NCBI RefSeq assembly: GCF_037013405.1
Contig: NZ_CP146064.1
Coordinates: 630,001-662,000 of the forward strand
DNA length: 32,000 bases
Reading direction: 5' to 3'
Source of the DNA: Candidatus Nanosynbacter sp. BB002
GTDB taxonomy: Bacteria > Patescibacteriota > Saccharimonadia > Saccharimonadales > Saccharimonadaceae
Part shown: piece after piece, positions 8,145 through 16,861 of the stretch
Numbering within the stretch: position 1 is the stretch's first letter
Layout of the letters: every line of letters begins with the position of its first letter
Notes under the pieces: generated by a model
What the model was told of the DNA's origin: nothing
What the model saw: the letters and a program-made list of their open reading frames with translations, nothing else
The model's database searches: none
Position numbers and translations under genes: made by a program

Positions 8145-9341
8145 CTACGCTTTGGTCGGTGATATATCGACTGAACGCTCAGCCTTGTCAACTGGCAACG
8201 CGTGGTCATGATCAAAGCTATAGACTAAGATTTTGCCAAACGGCATTTCTAAGTCTGCGACCTTATCGTCTGGAATTTGGTCAAGGTATTTGACCAAGGC
8301 GCGGATGGAATTACCATGCGCCACCAGTAGAACATTTTCACCGTCCTGCAGTCGTGGCAATATCTCGGTCTCAAAGTACGGCACAACTCGTGCATACACG
8401 TCTTTCAAGGTTTCGCCGTCTGGTACTGGATAGTCCCAACCGCGACGAATGCCATTGAATGCCTCTTCACCAATCTGATCTTTGACTTCCCACTTGTCAC
8501 TACCTGTCAATGTACCATAGTCGCGCTCGTTGAGTTCTGCTGCATGAATGGTTGGTAATGTGGTAATTTCTGCGCCTTTAAGCAACGCGTCAAGTGTCTG
8601 ATGAGTGCGCTTCAAGGCAGAAGTATAGGCCACGTCAAAAGTTGTGTCTTTCAATAGCTGACCAAGCCGCACCGTGTCCGAGATACCTTTTTCTGTCAAG
8701 CCAACGTCTGTCAGTCCGGTCCATTTGCCCTGCAAATTCCACTCGCTTTCGCCGTGGCGGGTGATGAATAGTCGTCCAGAAGCACCCTTGCGCACCGGCG
8801 TATCACTACTACTGCTTTCATCGCCACCAGTTGTGGAGAATACGATTGTTTCAGTATCAGCATTGTCATCATCAGCAATGGCGGTTTCAAAATACCCCGA
8901 CTGGTCGTGAGCCCACGCCTTCAATGACCATGGTAACGGCAATTCACCTTTCAGCACTTCCTGTTTGCTGATAAATCGCCACTCTTCGATCTCTGGATCG
9001 TGTGGACTGATGGCCTTGACTTGTGACTCTTTGATGGACGCTGTAAAGATGAATTGGTAGGTAATAAATCCGTCACCCATGCGCTGCGCCACACCCATCA
9101 ACGACACGTCGCTTGGATTGATGACGATGCCAACTTCATCCTTTACTTCCCGTAGCGCTGCCACTAGTGGTGATTCTTCAGTGTCAACCATGCCGCCCGG
9201 TAACGCCCAATACGTCTTGTAGTTTGCCTTAACGATCAAAGCTCGACCCTCAACATCCTCCAACAGGACAGCAGCGCCAGACGGTCGAGCGTCCAAGCTT
9301 TCAAGCCATTGACGTCGTTCTGCTCTCATAAACCCATCCAT
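8145..9341 (-). CDS. Fusion protein: N-terminal Nudix hydrolase plus C-terminal 2,3-bisphosphoglycerate-dependent phosphoglycerate mutase-type histidine phosphatase
   Basis: Nudix box GGMVDTEESPLVAALREVKDEVG, then an acidic/Ser-rich linker (DDDNADTE...GGDESSSSD). dPGM motifs follow: ITRHGESEWN, LNERDYG, VAHGNSIRALVKYL. The ATG shares 1 nt with the rny stop (TAATG). Confidence 0.8.
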   Translation of the reverse strand: MDGFMRAERRQWLESLDARPSGAAVLLEDVEGRALIVKANYKTYWALPGGMVDTEESPLVAALREVKDEVGIVINPSDVSLMGVAQRMGDGFITYQFIFTASIKESQVKAISPHDPEIEEWRFISKQEVLKGELPLPWSLKAWAHDQSGYFETAIADDDNADTETIVFSTTGGDESSSSDTPVRKGASGRLFITRHGESEWNLQGKWTGLTDVGLTEKGISDTVRLGQLLKDTTFDVAYTSALKRTHQTLDALLKGAEITTLPTIHAAELNERDYGTLTGSDKWEVKDQIGEEAFNGIRRGWDYPVPDGETLKDVYARVVPYFETEILPRLQDGENVLLVAHGNSIRALVKYLDQIPDDKVADLEMPFGKILVYSFDHDHALPVDKAERSVDISPTKA

Positions 9342-10831
9342 TATTTTGCAAACTCCACTGCCCGCGTTTCGCGGATAACATTAACTTTGATAGTACCTGG
9401 ATATTGCATAGTTGATTCAATCTTAGTGGCAATATCACGCGACAACTTGATGGCGCTCAAGTCATCAATCTTTTCTGGCTTGACAATCACCCGCACTTCT
9501 CGCCCGGCAGAAATTGCATAGGCCTTGTCGATGCCCTCAAAGCTGGTGGCTACGTTTTCCAAGTCGCGCATACGTTCAGCAAAGTTTTCCGCTGAGATGT
9601 TACGTGCGCCTGGCCGTGCTGCTGAAGCAGCGTCTACCACACGAACCACCAACGCTTCTGGTGTTGTCGCTTCAATATCATCATGGTGCGCCTCAATAGC
9701 GTGAGCAATTCGCTCGTCCATGCCATATTTACGCGCCAATTCTGCCGCAATGTGGTGATGCTTACCTTCAATCTTGTGCGTCACTGCCTTACCAGAGTCG
9801 TGCAGCAATGTTGCAATCTTTGATATACGAACATCAGCGCCAATTTCCTCGGCAATCATCCCCGCCATCTGCGCCATCTCAGTAGAATGCTTCAGCACGT
9901 TCTGACCATAGGAGGTTCGGAATTTCAATTCACCCAACAGGCGTAGCATTTCCTTTGGAATACCAACAACACCCGCTTCACGCATGGCATCTTCACCAGC
10001 CTGCTTGACTTCTTTGTCAATCTGTTTTTGCGCCTTGGCAACAACTTCCTCGATGCGCGCTGGATGAATGCGTCCATCTTTCATCAGCATCTCCAAGCTC
10101 AAACGCGCAACCTGGCGACGAACTGGGTCAAAGCTCGACAACACCACCATACCTGGTGTGTCGTCCACCAAAATGTCGACACCCGTGGCACGTTGTAATG
10201 CCTGGATATTGCGACCCTCCTTACCAATGATGCGACCCTTCATCTCGTCATCAGCCAGCTTCACTGCCGTCACGGTACGCTCAGCCGTTACTTCGCTACT
10301 CATTCGCTCCATGGCGGTGAGCAAAATAGTCTGAGCTCGCTCTTCAGCATCGTCCATGGCCTCGTGCTGCAATTTTGCAACCAATTTGGTGAGGTCGTCA
10401 CGAATGTCACGCTCAGTCATCTGCATCAATTTTTCGGCTGCATCTTTCTTTTTCAGGCCAGCAATTTTTTCCAATTTTTCCTGCTGACGAGTACGAATTT
10501 GCCGAATCTCATTTTTCAAATCATCGATCTCATCTTCGTGCGCCCGCAATTTTTCTGACCGACGATCTAGCTCTTCAAGCTTATTGTCAAGCGCCTTTTC
10601 ACGATCTGCCAAACGATTTTCCGTTTTTTGCCACTCTCGACGACGCTCATTCTCAATTTTCAGCGCCTCATCTTTTGCCTTAAGAACGATGTCACTCGCT
10701 TTGGTTTTTGCATTCGCCAAATCTTTATCAATTTGCGACTTTGCTTGTGAACGGCGTACTGTTTGATATCCATAAAGCGCGCCCGCGCCTAAACTGGCCC
10801 CAACAAGTGCGCCAATGACAATTCCTGCCAT
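9341..10831 (-). CDS. rny: Ribonuclease Y
   Basis: N-terminal TM helix, long charged coiled coil, KH domain (IIGKEGRNIQALQRATGVDILVDD) and HD domain (LLHDSGKA ... IEAHHDD). 496 aa. Confidence 0.9.
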   Translation of the reverse strand: MAGIVIGALVGASLGAGALYGYQTVRRSQAKSQIDKDLANAKTKASDIVLKAKDEALKIENERRREWQKTENRLADREKALDNKLEELDRRSEKLRAHEDEIDDLKNEIRQIRTRQQEKLEKIAGLKKKDAAEKLMQMTERDIRDDLTKLVAKLQHEAMDDAEERAQTILLTAMERMSSEVTAERTVTAVKLADDEMKGRIIGKEGRNIQALQRATGVDILVDDTPGMVVLSSFDPVRRQVARLSLEMLMKDGRIHPARIEEVVAKAQKQIDKEVKQAGEDAMREAGVVGIPKEMLRLLGELKFRTSYGQNVLKHSTEMAQMAGMIAEEIGADVRISKIATLLHDSGKAVTHKIEGKHHHIAAELARKYGMDERIAHAIEAHHDDIEATTPEALVVRVVDAASAARPGARNISAENFAERMRDLENVATSFEGIDKAYAISAGREVRVIVKPEKIDDLSAIKLSRDIATKIESTMQYPGTIKVNVIRETRAVEFAK

Positions 10832-10975
10832 ACTTCAGTATTCCTTTCCGACCGACTGCCCCTGAGTATTCGCCTCAAGGAAACATATCAACAGCCAATC
10901 AATTTCAAACTATCTAATCCGGCGAACCGCATCCTACAAATCGCCGTAATTTAATTATACACGGTTTCTGGAGTT

Positions 10976-11005
10976 TTGACACGGAAAGCACGCAATGTCT
11001 ATAAT
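10976..11005 (+). promoter_or_regulatory. Orphan consensus sigma70-type promoter (TTGACA-N18-TATAAT) pointing antisense into the 3' end of the 11005..11814 gene
   Basis: Exact TTGACA at 10976..10981 and exact TATAAT at 11000..11005. No plausible plus-strand gene lies downstream. Confidence 0.35.
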
Positions 11006-11814
11006 TACTTGCTTTTTACGAAAAATATAAGGCCAGCAATAACAAATAACACCCAAATCATAGAGGTAAAGAAGTAATCAAATGGTATGAGTATAAACCA
11101 CACTATATCACTGGCATACAATGCTAAAGAACTCACAATAACAACGGTAATAATCTTTCCGACCAACATTATCGGCAGAATCGCCAATAACGTAAGACCA
11201 ATCTTGCGATATTTTTTTGCACGTTCAGCCACCCCCTTATTAACTTCACTGCTCTTCCGAGGCTTATCATATATCCAGACCAGCTTGTCTTTACATGTCA
11301 GTAAATACCACAGATACATTGATCCAGCCGCAGATATCCAAGCTGCTATTCCATAAGAATGTTTCACGGTCATCAATACATCATGAACAATGACACACAA
11401 CGTATTCATTACTTCACTACGTTTGCATCCATAAACCAGATAGCAAAAACCTAATACTCTGAAGACAATAGACATCAGCAGAGGTAAGGCTGTTACATAC
11501 ACTGCGATAATTCTTTGACGATACCTATCAACTCGACGATTCTCCTTAGCAGCCCAAACGCTCTGAGCCGCAAGATTAATACCAAATACAAACAGCATAA
11601 AGCCAAGCCCCGCCGTGTTATCACGGCTAGTATCGCCATTTGAGTTAACAAGTCCCAATAAGAACATATCGGCTGCATACAACATTATCCCTAGACTACC
11701 AATAAAAATAGCCGCTTCTGCCGCGCTGTTCGGCTGCGGAGTGCTCGTCTTTACAGTTTTTGCGGTTTTCTTGCGTTTTAGAGGTTGTTTTGGTTTCATG
11801 GCACGCTCTGTCAT
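11005..11814 (-). CDS. Multi-pass membrane protein, unknown function, visibly AT-rich
   Basis: Basic N-terminus (KPKQPLKRKKTAKTVKT) followed by about 6-7 hydrophobic segments. Start set at ATG 11814 because TGgTATAAT sits 7 nt upstream; the ORF is open to 11907. No family recognised. Confidence 0.6.
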   Translation of the reverse strand: MTERAMKPKQPLKRKKTAKTVKTSTPQPNSAAEAAIFIGSLGIMLYAADMFLLGLVNSNGDTSRDNTAGLGFMLFVFGINLAAQSVWAAKENRRVDRYRQRIIAVYVTALPLLMSIVFRVLGFCYLVYGCKRSEVMNTLCVIVHDVLMTVKHSYGIAAWISAAGSMYLWYLLTCKDKLVWIYDKPRKSSEVNKGVAERAKKYRKIGLTLLAILPIMLVGKIITVVIVSSLALYASDIVWFILIPFDYFFTSMIWVLFVIAGLIFFVKSK

Positions 11815-11821
11815 GCCGTAA

Positions 11822-11830
11822 ATTATACCA
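11822..11830 (-). promoter_or_regulatory. Extended -10 (TGgTATAAT) 7 nt upstream of ATG 11814; leaderless-type promoter
   Basis: Minus strand reads CTATGGTATAAT-ttacggc-ATG, in the 25-nt gap after the tsaB stop. Confidence 0.6.
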
Positions 11831-11839
11831 TAGCCGTCA

Positions 11840-12226
11840 TTATTTTCGTGGCGCAGTGATGTGAGCCGCAGCACCATATTCTGGCAGGACGATTTTCTCG
11901 TCTCCACCAGAGCGTAATTTTTCTAACGCTCGTTCCTGCCAGTTTTCGCCCGTCGCGCCAACAATTGGCACCTGCAAACCATCCGCCAGCGTATTGGCCA
12001 CTGTCAGTCCAATCCTCAACCCAGTAAAGCTTCCCGGCCCTTTCATCACACCAATACCAGTCAACGCGTGAATGTCGGTATTTTGTTTGGCCAAGCTGTC
12101 TCTGAGAAAGCCCAATAGTCCTTTGGCCAACGTGCGGTCAGCCTGCCATTCATACGACACTGCGCCTTCTTGACTGACAAGTGTTACGTAACAAACTGGG
12201 GTTGATGTATCAAGTAGTAATAACAT
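11840..12226 (-). CDS. tsaB: tRNA t6A37 biosynthesis protein TsaB (compact 128-aa form)
   Basis: MLLLLDTSTP..., GIGVMKGPGSFTGLRIGLTVANTLA (TsaB/YeaZ signature). GAGGAG SD. The ATG lies 1 nt after the tsaE stop; the ORF is open to 12286. Confidence 0.75.
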   Translation of the reverse strand: MLLLLDTSTPVCYVTLVSQEGAVSYEWQADRTLAKGLLGFLRDSLAKQNTDIHALTGIGVMKGPGSFTGLRIGLTVANTLADGLQVPIVGATGENWQERALEKLRSGGDEKIVLPEYGAAAHITAPRK

Positions 12227-12227
12227 T

Positions 12228-12695
12228 TCATCTCCTCTCAAAAAACTCATCAACAGCACTAAGTAGCCGTTCGGAACGAACACCATTAGCAGTAACCTCC
12301 AACTGTCGCTCTGTTTCAGTTGTAGCGGTAACCGTGATTATCAATCGGTCACTCGGCAGCACTTCATTAACCGCGCCTGCCCATTCAATAACTGTGATGG
12401 TTGAGCCGTCTTGCATAATTTCAGAAATTTCATCGCCCATGATACCGGCTTCACCCAGGCGGTAAAAATCATAGTGACAAAGGCGCAGTCCATCGCGCGC
12501 ATCATATACGCGCGAAATGGTAAATGTCGGACTTTGAATTGGTTCGGTAATTGCCAACCCTTCCGCCAGACCTTTAGCAAGCGTAGTCTTACCAGCGCCC
12601 ACATCGCCGATCAGCTCTATCACTTCACCGCCAGCCAGCGCCTGACCAATCGCCCGCCCCAGTGCTTTCATCTCCGTTTCATCATATATCTTCAC
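12228..12695 (-). CDS. tsaE: tRNA t6A37 biosynthesis ATPase TsaE
   Basis: P-loop LIGDVGAGKTTLAKGL, then SPTFTI, HYDFYRL and IEW motifs typical of YjeE/TsaE. GTG start. Confidence 0.85.
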   Translation of the reverse strand: MKIYDETEMKALGRAIGQALAGGEVIELIGDVGAGKTTLAKGLAEGLAITEPIQSPTFTISRVYDARDGLRLCHYDFYRLGEAGIMGDEISEIMQDGSTITVIEWAGAVNEVLPSDRLIITVTATTETERQLEVTANGVRSERLLSAVDEFFERR

Positions 12696-12701
12696 ACTTT
12701 T

Positions 12702-12710
12702 AGTATATCA
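12702..12710 (-). promoter_or_regulatory. Extended -10 (TGaTATACT) 6 nt upstream of the tsaE GTG; leaderless-type promoter
   Basis: Minus strand reads AATGATATACT-aaaagt-GTG. Confidence 0.55.
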
Positions 12711-12753
12711 TTGTTTTTTCAATTCAACTGGTCTATACTAAAGCATAAGTAAT

Positions 12754-14532
12754 ATGAGAATCTCAGATAATACGATTGAGAAAATTCTGAAACAGGGTGG
12801 GATCTTAACAGAATCACAGCTTGCTGATTTAAAGACGACCGCCGAACGTTCCAAGCGCACCCTGCAAGAGACCATCATTGAGGACAAGGTGCTAGAAGAG
12901 CGCGAATTAGCCAAATTGGTCGGTGATTATATCGGGACGCCGTTTGTAGAAATTGAGCCAAAAGATATTCCTGATGAGGTCCTAAAGCGCATCCCAGAGC
13001 ATATCGCCCGGCAGTACAATGTCGTGCTGTTTGCAGTTGATGAAGATGGTGCACCGATGCTAGCTATGGAAGATCCTGACGATGTGCAGGCTCTCAATTT
13101 TATCCAAAAAGAAATCGGCTATAACCTGCGCGTGTTCTTGGCGACGAAAAGTAATATTTTGGATTGTTTGGAAAATTACCGCGGTGATGTGAACGACGAA
13201 CTTGATGAAGTCATTGCCATCCAGAGAGATGATAGCGACGCCGAAAATGCCAAAGAGGAAGAATTTGCTGAAGATTCACCAATTGCGCAGACTGTCAACC
13301 TGCTGCTCGAGTACGCTATCAAATCACACGCTTCCGACATCCACATTGAGCCACGCGAAGAATTTGTCCAGGTGCGATACCGCATCGATGGTGTCTTGAG
13401 AGAAGTGAACAAGCTGCCCCATAATGTCCTGGGTGCGCTGGTCAGCCGTATCAAAATTTTGTCAAATTTGAAAATCGACGAACGCCGTGTACCGCAAGAT
13501 GGCCGCTTCAAAATCAAAGTCTCCGGTAAACAATACGCTTTGCGTGTATCGACGCTGCCAATCGCTGACGGTGAAAAAATCGTCATGCGTGTGTTGGATG
13601 AATCAAACCAGGCTATTTCCCTAGAAAAATTGGGCTATTGGGGGCTGTCTTTGGCTACCATCAAAAACGCCATGGCACAACCAAACGGTATGATTCTAGT
13701 GACCGGACCAACTGGTTCGGGAAAATCAACTTCCCTGTTTAGTGTGTTGTCAGAACTCAACACTCCTGACGTTAATATTTCAACCATTGAAGACCCGGTC
13801 GAGTACAAAATCCCTGGAGTCAACCAAACCCAGACCAATGCCAAAGCCGGCATGACCTTTGCTTCAGGACTGCGCGCATTGCTCCGTCAAGACCCGAACA
13901 TCATCATGGTTGGAGAGATCCGTGACGGTGAAACTGCCAACCTCGGCGTGCAAGCAGCGCTAACCGGGCACCTAGTGTTCTCAACCCTCCACACCAACAA
14001 CGCAGCCACCTGTTTGCCGCGTTTGCTCGACATGGATATTGAGCCGTTTTTGATCGCCAGCACCGTCAAAGCTGTCATCGGTCAGCGACTCGTCAGACGC
14101 TTGTGTCAATCCTGTCGCCAGGCCTACACCCCCAGCCAAGAAGAACTAAATTATATCACCCAAATGTTCAACATCACGCCAGAGTCAATGCCGCACCTAC
14201 ACGAGCTTGAAGAGCAGGCCGCCTCAGAGAGTATTGGCGGCGATACACCAATGGGCACGACAGACGCAACCATCGTTCAGTTGTGGAAGCCATCGCCGGA
14301 AGGCTGTGACGAATGTGGGCACAATGGCTTCAAGGGTCGCGTTGGTATTTACGAAGTGTTGGGTATTTCTGTGGCCATTCAAAAGATGATCACTGCAAAT
14401 GCCACCAGCAATGATATTCAGGAACAAGCGATTAGCGAAGGTATGATTACCATGCAGATGGATGGATTGATCAAATCATTCCGCGGCGTCACAACCATTG
14501 AGGAAATTTTACGTGCAACGAGGGAGCAATAA
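12754..14532 (+). CDS. pilB: Type IV pilus assembly ATPase (GspE/PilB family)
   Basis: T2SSE N-terminal domain, Walker A GPTGSGKST, Asp and His boxes (MVGEIRD, TGHLVFSTLHTN), and a tetracysteine motif (CQSC...CDEC). Confidence 0.9.
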   Translation: MRISDNTIEKILKQGGILTESQLADLKTTAERSKRTLQETIIEDKVLEERELAKLVGDYIGTPFVEIEPKDIPDEVLKRIPEHIARQYNVVLFAVDEDGAPMLAMEDPDDVQALNFIQKEIGYNLRVFLATKSNILDCLENYRGDVNDELDEVIAIQRDDSDAENAKEEEFAEDSPIAQTVNLLLEYAIKSHASDIHIEPREEFVQVRYRIDGVLREVNKLPHNVLGALVSRIKILSNLKIDERRVPQDGRFKIKVSGKQYALRVSTLPIADGEKIVMRVLDESNQAISLEKLGYWGLSLATIKNAMAQPNGMILVTGPTGSGKSTSLFSVLSELNTPDVNISTIEDPVEYKIPGVNQTQTNAKAGMTFASGLRALLRQDPNIIMVGEIRDGETANLGVQAALTGHLVFSTLHTNNAATCLPRLLDMDIEPFLIASTVKAVIGQRLVRRLCQSCRQAYTPSQEELNYITQMFNITPESMPHLHELEEQAASESIGGDTPMGTTDATIVQLWKPSPEGCDECGHNGFKGRVGIYEVLGISVAIQKMITANATSNDIQEQAISEGMITMQMDGLIKSFRGVTTIEEILRATREQ

Positions 14533-14535
14533 CAC

Positions 14536-15750
14536 ATGACTAGTTTTAGTTTTGTCGCGACAAAAAAAGATGGCTCAACGCTATCATCAACCATAGAGTC
14601 AAGCGATCGCGCGGCTGCCATCCGCTCAATTCAAGCACAGGGCTTAAAGCTGGTCAACCTCAAAGAGACAGATGCCAAACCTGGACGCAAACGCCGTCGG
14701 AAAATTAAATCTGATGAATTGGTAATGTTTACCCGTCAGTTAAGCTCCATGGTTTCGGCTGGTGTGCCAATCCTTCGGTCGTTAGAGTCAATGACAGAAC
14801 ATGCTGAAAGCGCATCATTCCGCTCAATCATTGGCGACGTCTCAAAAGACATTGAAAGTGGTTTGTCATTTGCTGATGCGTTGGCGCGACACCCCGACAC
14901 CTTCAATGATGTCTACGTCAACATGGTTCGGGCTGGTGAAACTGGTGGTATTTTGGACGACATTTTGAAGCGCCTAGCCTTGCAGCAAGAAAAATCAGCC
15001 TCCATCAAGAAAAAGGTTAAAGGAGCCATGACCTACCCGATGGTACTAATCGTCATTACCATCGGTGCGTTCTTCGGCTTGATGATCTTTGTCCTACCAA
15101 TGATTGGTAAAACCATCAAAGATTTGGCGGGAGAAGACGCCGAGCTACCAGCTTTGACCCAAGCCATGCTGGGGATCAGTGCCTTTATGGTCAATTTCTG
15201 GTATATCCTGCTGCCACTGGTTGGTGCAGCAATTTATGGTTTCTTGCGTTACATCAAAACACCTGGTGGCAAGAAAAAATATCATCACTTTTTGGTGCAT
15301 GGACCAATTATCGGCAAAATCATGAAAAAAATCGCCATCGCTCGCTTCACTCGTACCTTCTCTTCCCTTATCGGCGCTGGTGTGGCGGTGTTGGAAGCAC
15401 TTGAAGTGACCTCCAAAGCAGTTGGTAATAACGTCTATGAAGAATCACTCAATAGTGCGGCCAAGCGCGTAAAAAACGGTGAGGTATTTTCAAAAATCAT
15501 CGCTGAAGACGAGGTACTATATCCGCCAATCGTGGCACAGATGTTAGCAGTCGGTGAAGAAACCGGTCAAACCGATCAGGTCTTGGTTAAGGTGGCTGAT
15601 TTTTACGAAGAAGAAGTCGATACCGCCATCGCCAGTATCAGCTCCACCATCGAGCCAGTGATGATTGTTTTCATGGGTGGCATGGTTGGCTTGATCGCTG
15701 CCAGTGTGATGATGCCAATCACCGGATTAGCAAATCAAATTAAGGGTTAG
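14536..15750 (+). CDS. pilC: Type IV pilus platform protein (GspF/PilC family)
   Basis: Two T2SSF repeats (FTRQLSSMVSAGVPIL / FTRTFSSLIGAGVAVL) and 3 TM segments. GAGGGAG SD. Confidence 0.9.
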   Translation: MTSFSFVATKKDGSTLSSTIESSDRAAAIRSIQAQGLKLVNLKETDAKPGRKRRRKIKSDELVMFTRQLSSMVSAGVPILRSLESMTEHAESASFRSIIGDVSKDIESGLSFADALARHPDTFNDVYVNMVRAGETGGILDDILKRLALQQEKSASIKKKVKGAMTYPMVLIVITIGAFFGLMIFVLPMIGKTIKDLAGEDAELPALTQAMLGISAFMVNFWYILLPLVGAAIYGFLRYIKTPGGKKKYHHFLVHGPIIGKIMKKIAIARFTRTFSSLIGAGVAVLEALEVTSKAVGNNVYEESLNSAAKRVKNGEVFSKIIAEDEVLYPPIVAQMLAVGEETGQTDQVLVKVADFYEEEVDTAIASISSTIEPVMIVFMGGMVGLIAASVMMPITGLANQIKG

Positions 15751-15761
15751 CAAATCAAATT
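15727..15761. repeat. Direct duplication TTAGCAAATCAAATT x2 (period 20 nt) spanning the pilC stop codon
   Basis: Identical 15-mers at 15727..15741 and 15747..15761. The pilC TAG (15748..15750) lies inside copy 2. Confidence 0.9.
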
Positions 15762-15766
15762 GGTTA

Positions 15767-15775
15767 TGGTATACT
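15767..15775 (+). promoter_or_regulatory. Extended -10 (TGgTATACT) between pilC and pilM
   Basis: TATGGTATACT lies 21 nt upstream of the GTG at 15797. No clear SD, so the pilM start is uncertain. Confidence 0.4.
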
Positions 15776-15796
15776 AAAAAAGAATTATATAAATGT

Positions 15797-16861
15797 GTGG
15801 GCAATATTGTGAGTTCTATATTTTACAAAAATAAACCAATCATTGGATTTGATTTCAGCAAGGTGGGCGCCCGAGTCATGTCGCTGGACGTCGCAAAGAT
15901 GAGCGTTCACGGCTACGGTGCCATTGATTTCGATCCATCCAAGATGTCTGACGATTTAGAAGTCTGCTCGGACTATATCGTTACGCGTATTAACGAATTG
16001 TTTGAAAAAAACTTAGTTGGCAAACTGAACAGCAATCGAGCTGTCCTCAGTCTGCCAACATCACGCACCTTCTCGCGTACCTTCACCGTGCCTAAAGCCC
16101 AGGAAGCATCTTTGCGAGATGCGGTCAACCTGGAAGTCGAACAGTATATACCGATGCCGCCAGACCTGCTCTATGTTGACCACCAGATCATCAAGCGTGA
16201 TAAAGATTCACTGACCGTACTGATGTGCGCTGCGCCGAAAAAAGACATCGAAGTGATGACGACCATCGCCAAACAATGTGGTATTGAAATTGCCATGATC
16301 GAACCAAGCATCAACGCCATCGCCCGTATTTTGAAATCAACTGAAAGCGGCGGGCTACCAACCGTAATCTTGGACATCGGACCATCAACCACAGACATCG
16401 CAATATTAGACTCCGTTATACGCGTGACTTCTGGTGTCAACATCGGCGGCAATACCTTCACTCTCAACATCGCCAAGAAGCTCAACACACCACTGGAGGC
16501 AGCACACCAGCTGAAAGTTCTGAGCGGTCTAAATTCTGGACCAAAGCAAGCGCAAATTACCAGCGCGCTTAAACCAAGCCTGGAAACAGTCGTCAAAGAA
16601 ACCCAAAAAATTATCCGCTACTACTCTGAACACTTCCCGAATGAGCCAAAAATGGAGCAGCTGCTCATCGTCGGTAGCGGTAGTAACATTCCAGGATTGG
16701 GTGATTATTTCACTAACGAGCTGATGATGCCGAGTCGTACGGCGAGCCCTTGGCAAGCATTGAACTTTAGCTCACTACAGCCACCAACGAAGCAGCTTCG
16801 GACTCACTTGATGACGGTTGCAGGCTTGGCGCTGGTTGATCCAAAGGAGATCTGGAAATGA
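15797..16861 (+). CDS. pilM: Type IV pilus assembly protein PilM (actin-like ATPase fold)
   Basis: N-terminal IIGFDFSKVGARVMSL, then ILDIGPSTTDIAIL and LLIVGSGSNIPGL motifs. GTG start; an in-frame GTG at 15809 is an alternative. Confidence 0.8.
   Translation: MGNIVSSIFYKNKPIIGFDFSKVGARVMSLDVAKMSVHGYGAIDFDPSKMSDDLEVCSDYIVTRINELFEKNLVGKLNSNRAVLSLPTSRTFSRTFTVPKAQEASLRDAVNLEVEQYIPMPPDLLYVDHQIIKRDKDSLTVLMCAAPKKDIEVMTTIAKQCGIEIAMIEPSINAIARILKSTESGGLPTVILDIGPSTTDIAILDSVIRVTSGVNIGGNTFTLNIAKKLNTPLEAAHQLKVLSGLNSGPKQAQITSALKPSLETVVKETQKIIRYYSEHFPNEPKMEQLLIVGSGSNIPGLGDYFTNELMMPSRTASPWQALNFSSLQPPTKQLRTHLMTVAGLALVDPKEIWK

Noticed and set aside
11840-12226. tsaB as a pseudogene truncated by insertion of the AT-rich membrane gene.
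   Set aside because: Both the N-terminal signature and a TsaB-like C-terminal tail are present in one intact frame with an SD. No tsaB remnant is seen downstream. It is more consistent with a naturally compact protein.
13176-13586. 136-aa minus-strand ORF inside pilB. Similar antisense ORFs lie inside pilM (16171..16596), comEC (29642..30001, 29824..30138, 30206..30607) and the Clp-like gene (2984..3343, 5447..5788).
   Set aside because: All lie antisense or out of frame within CDSs that have strong family motifs. None has an SD or -10 context.
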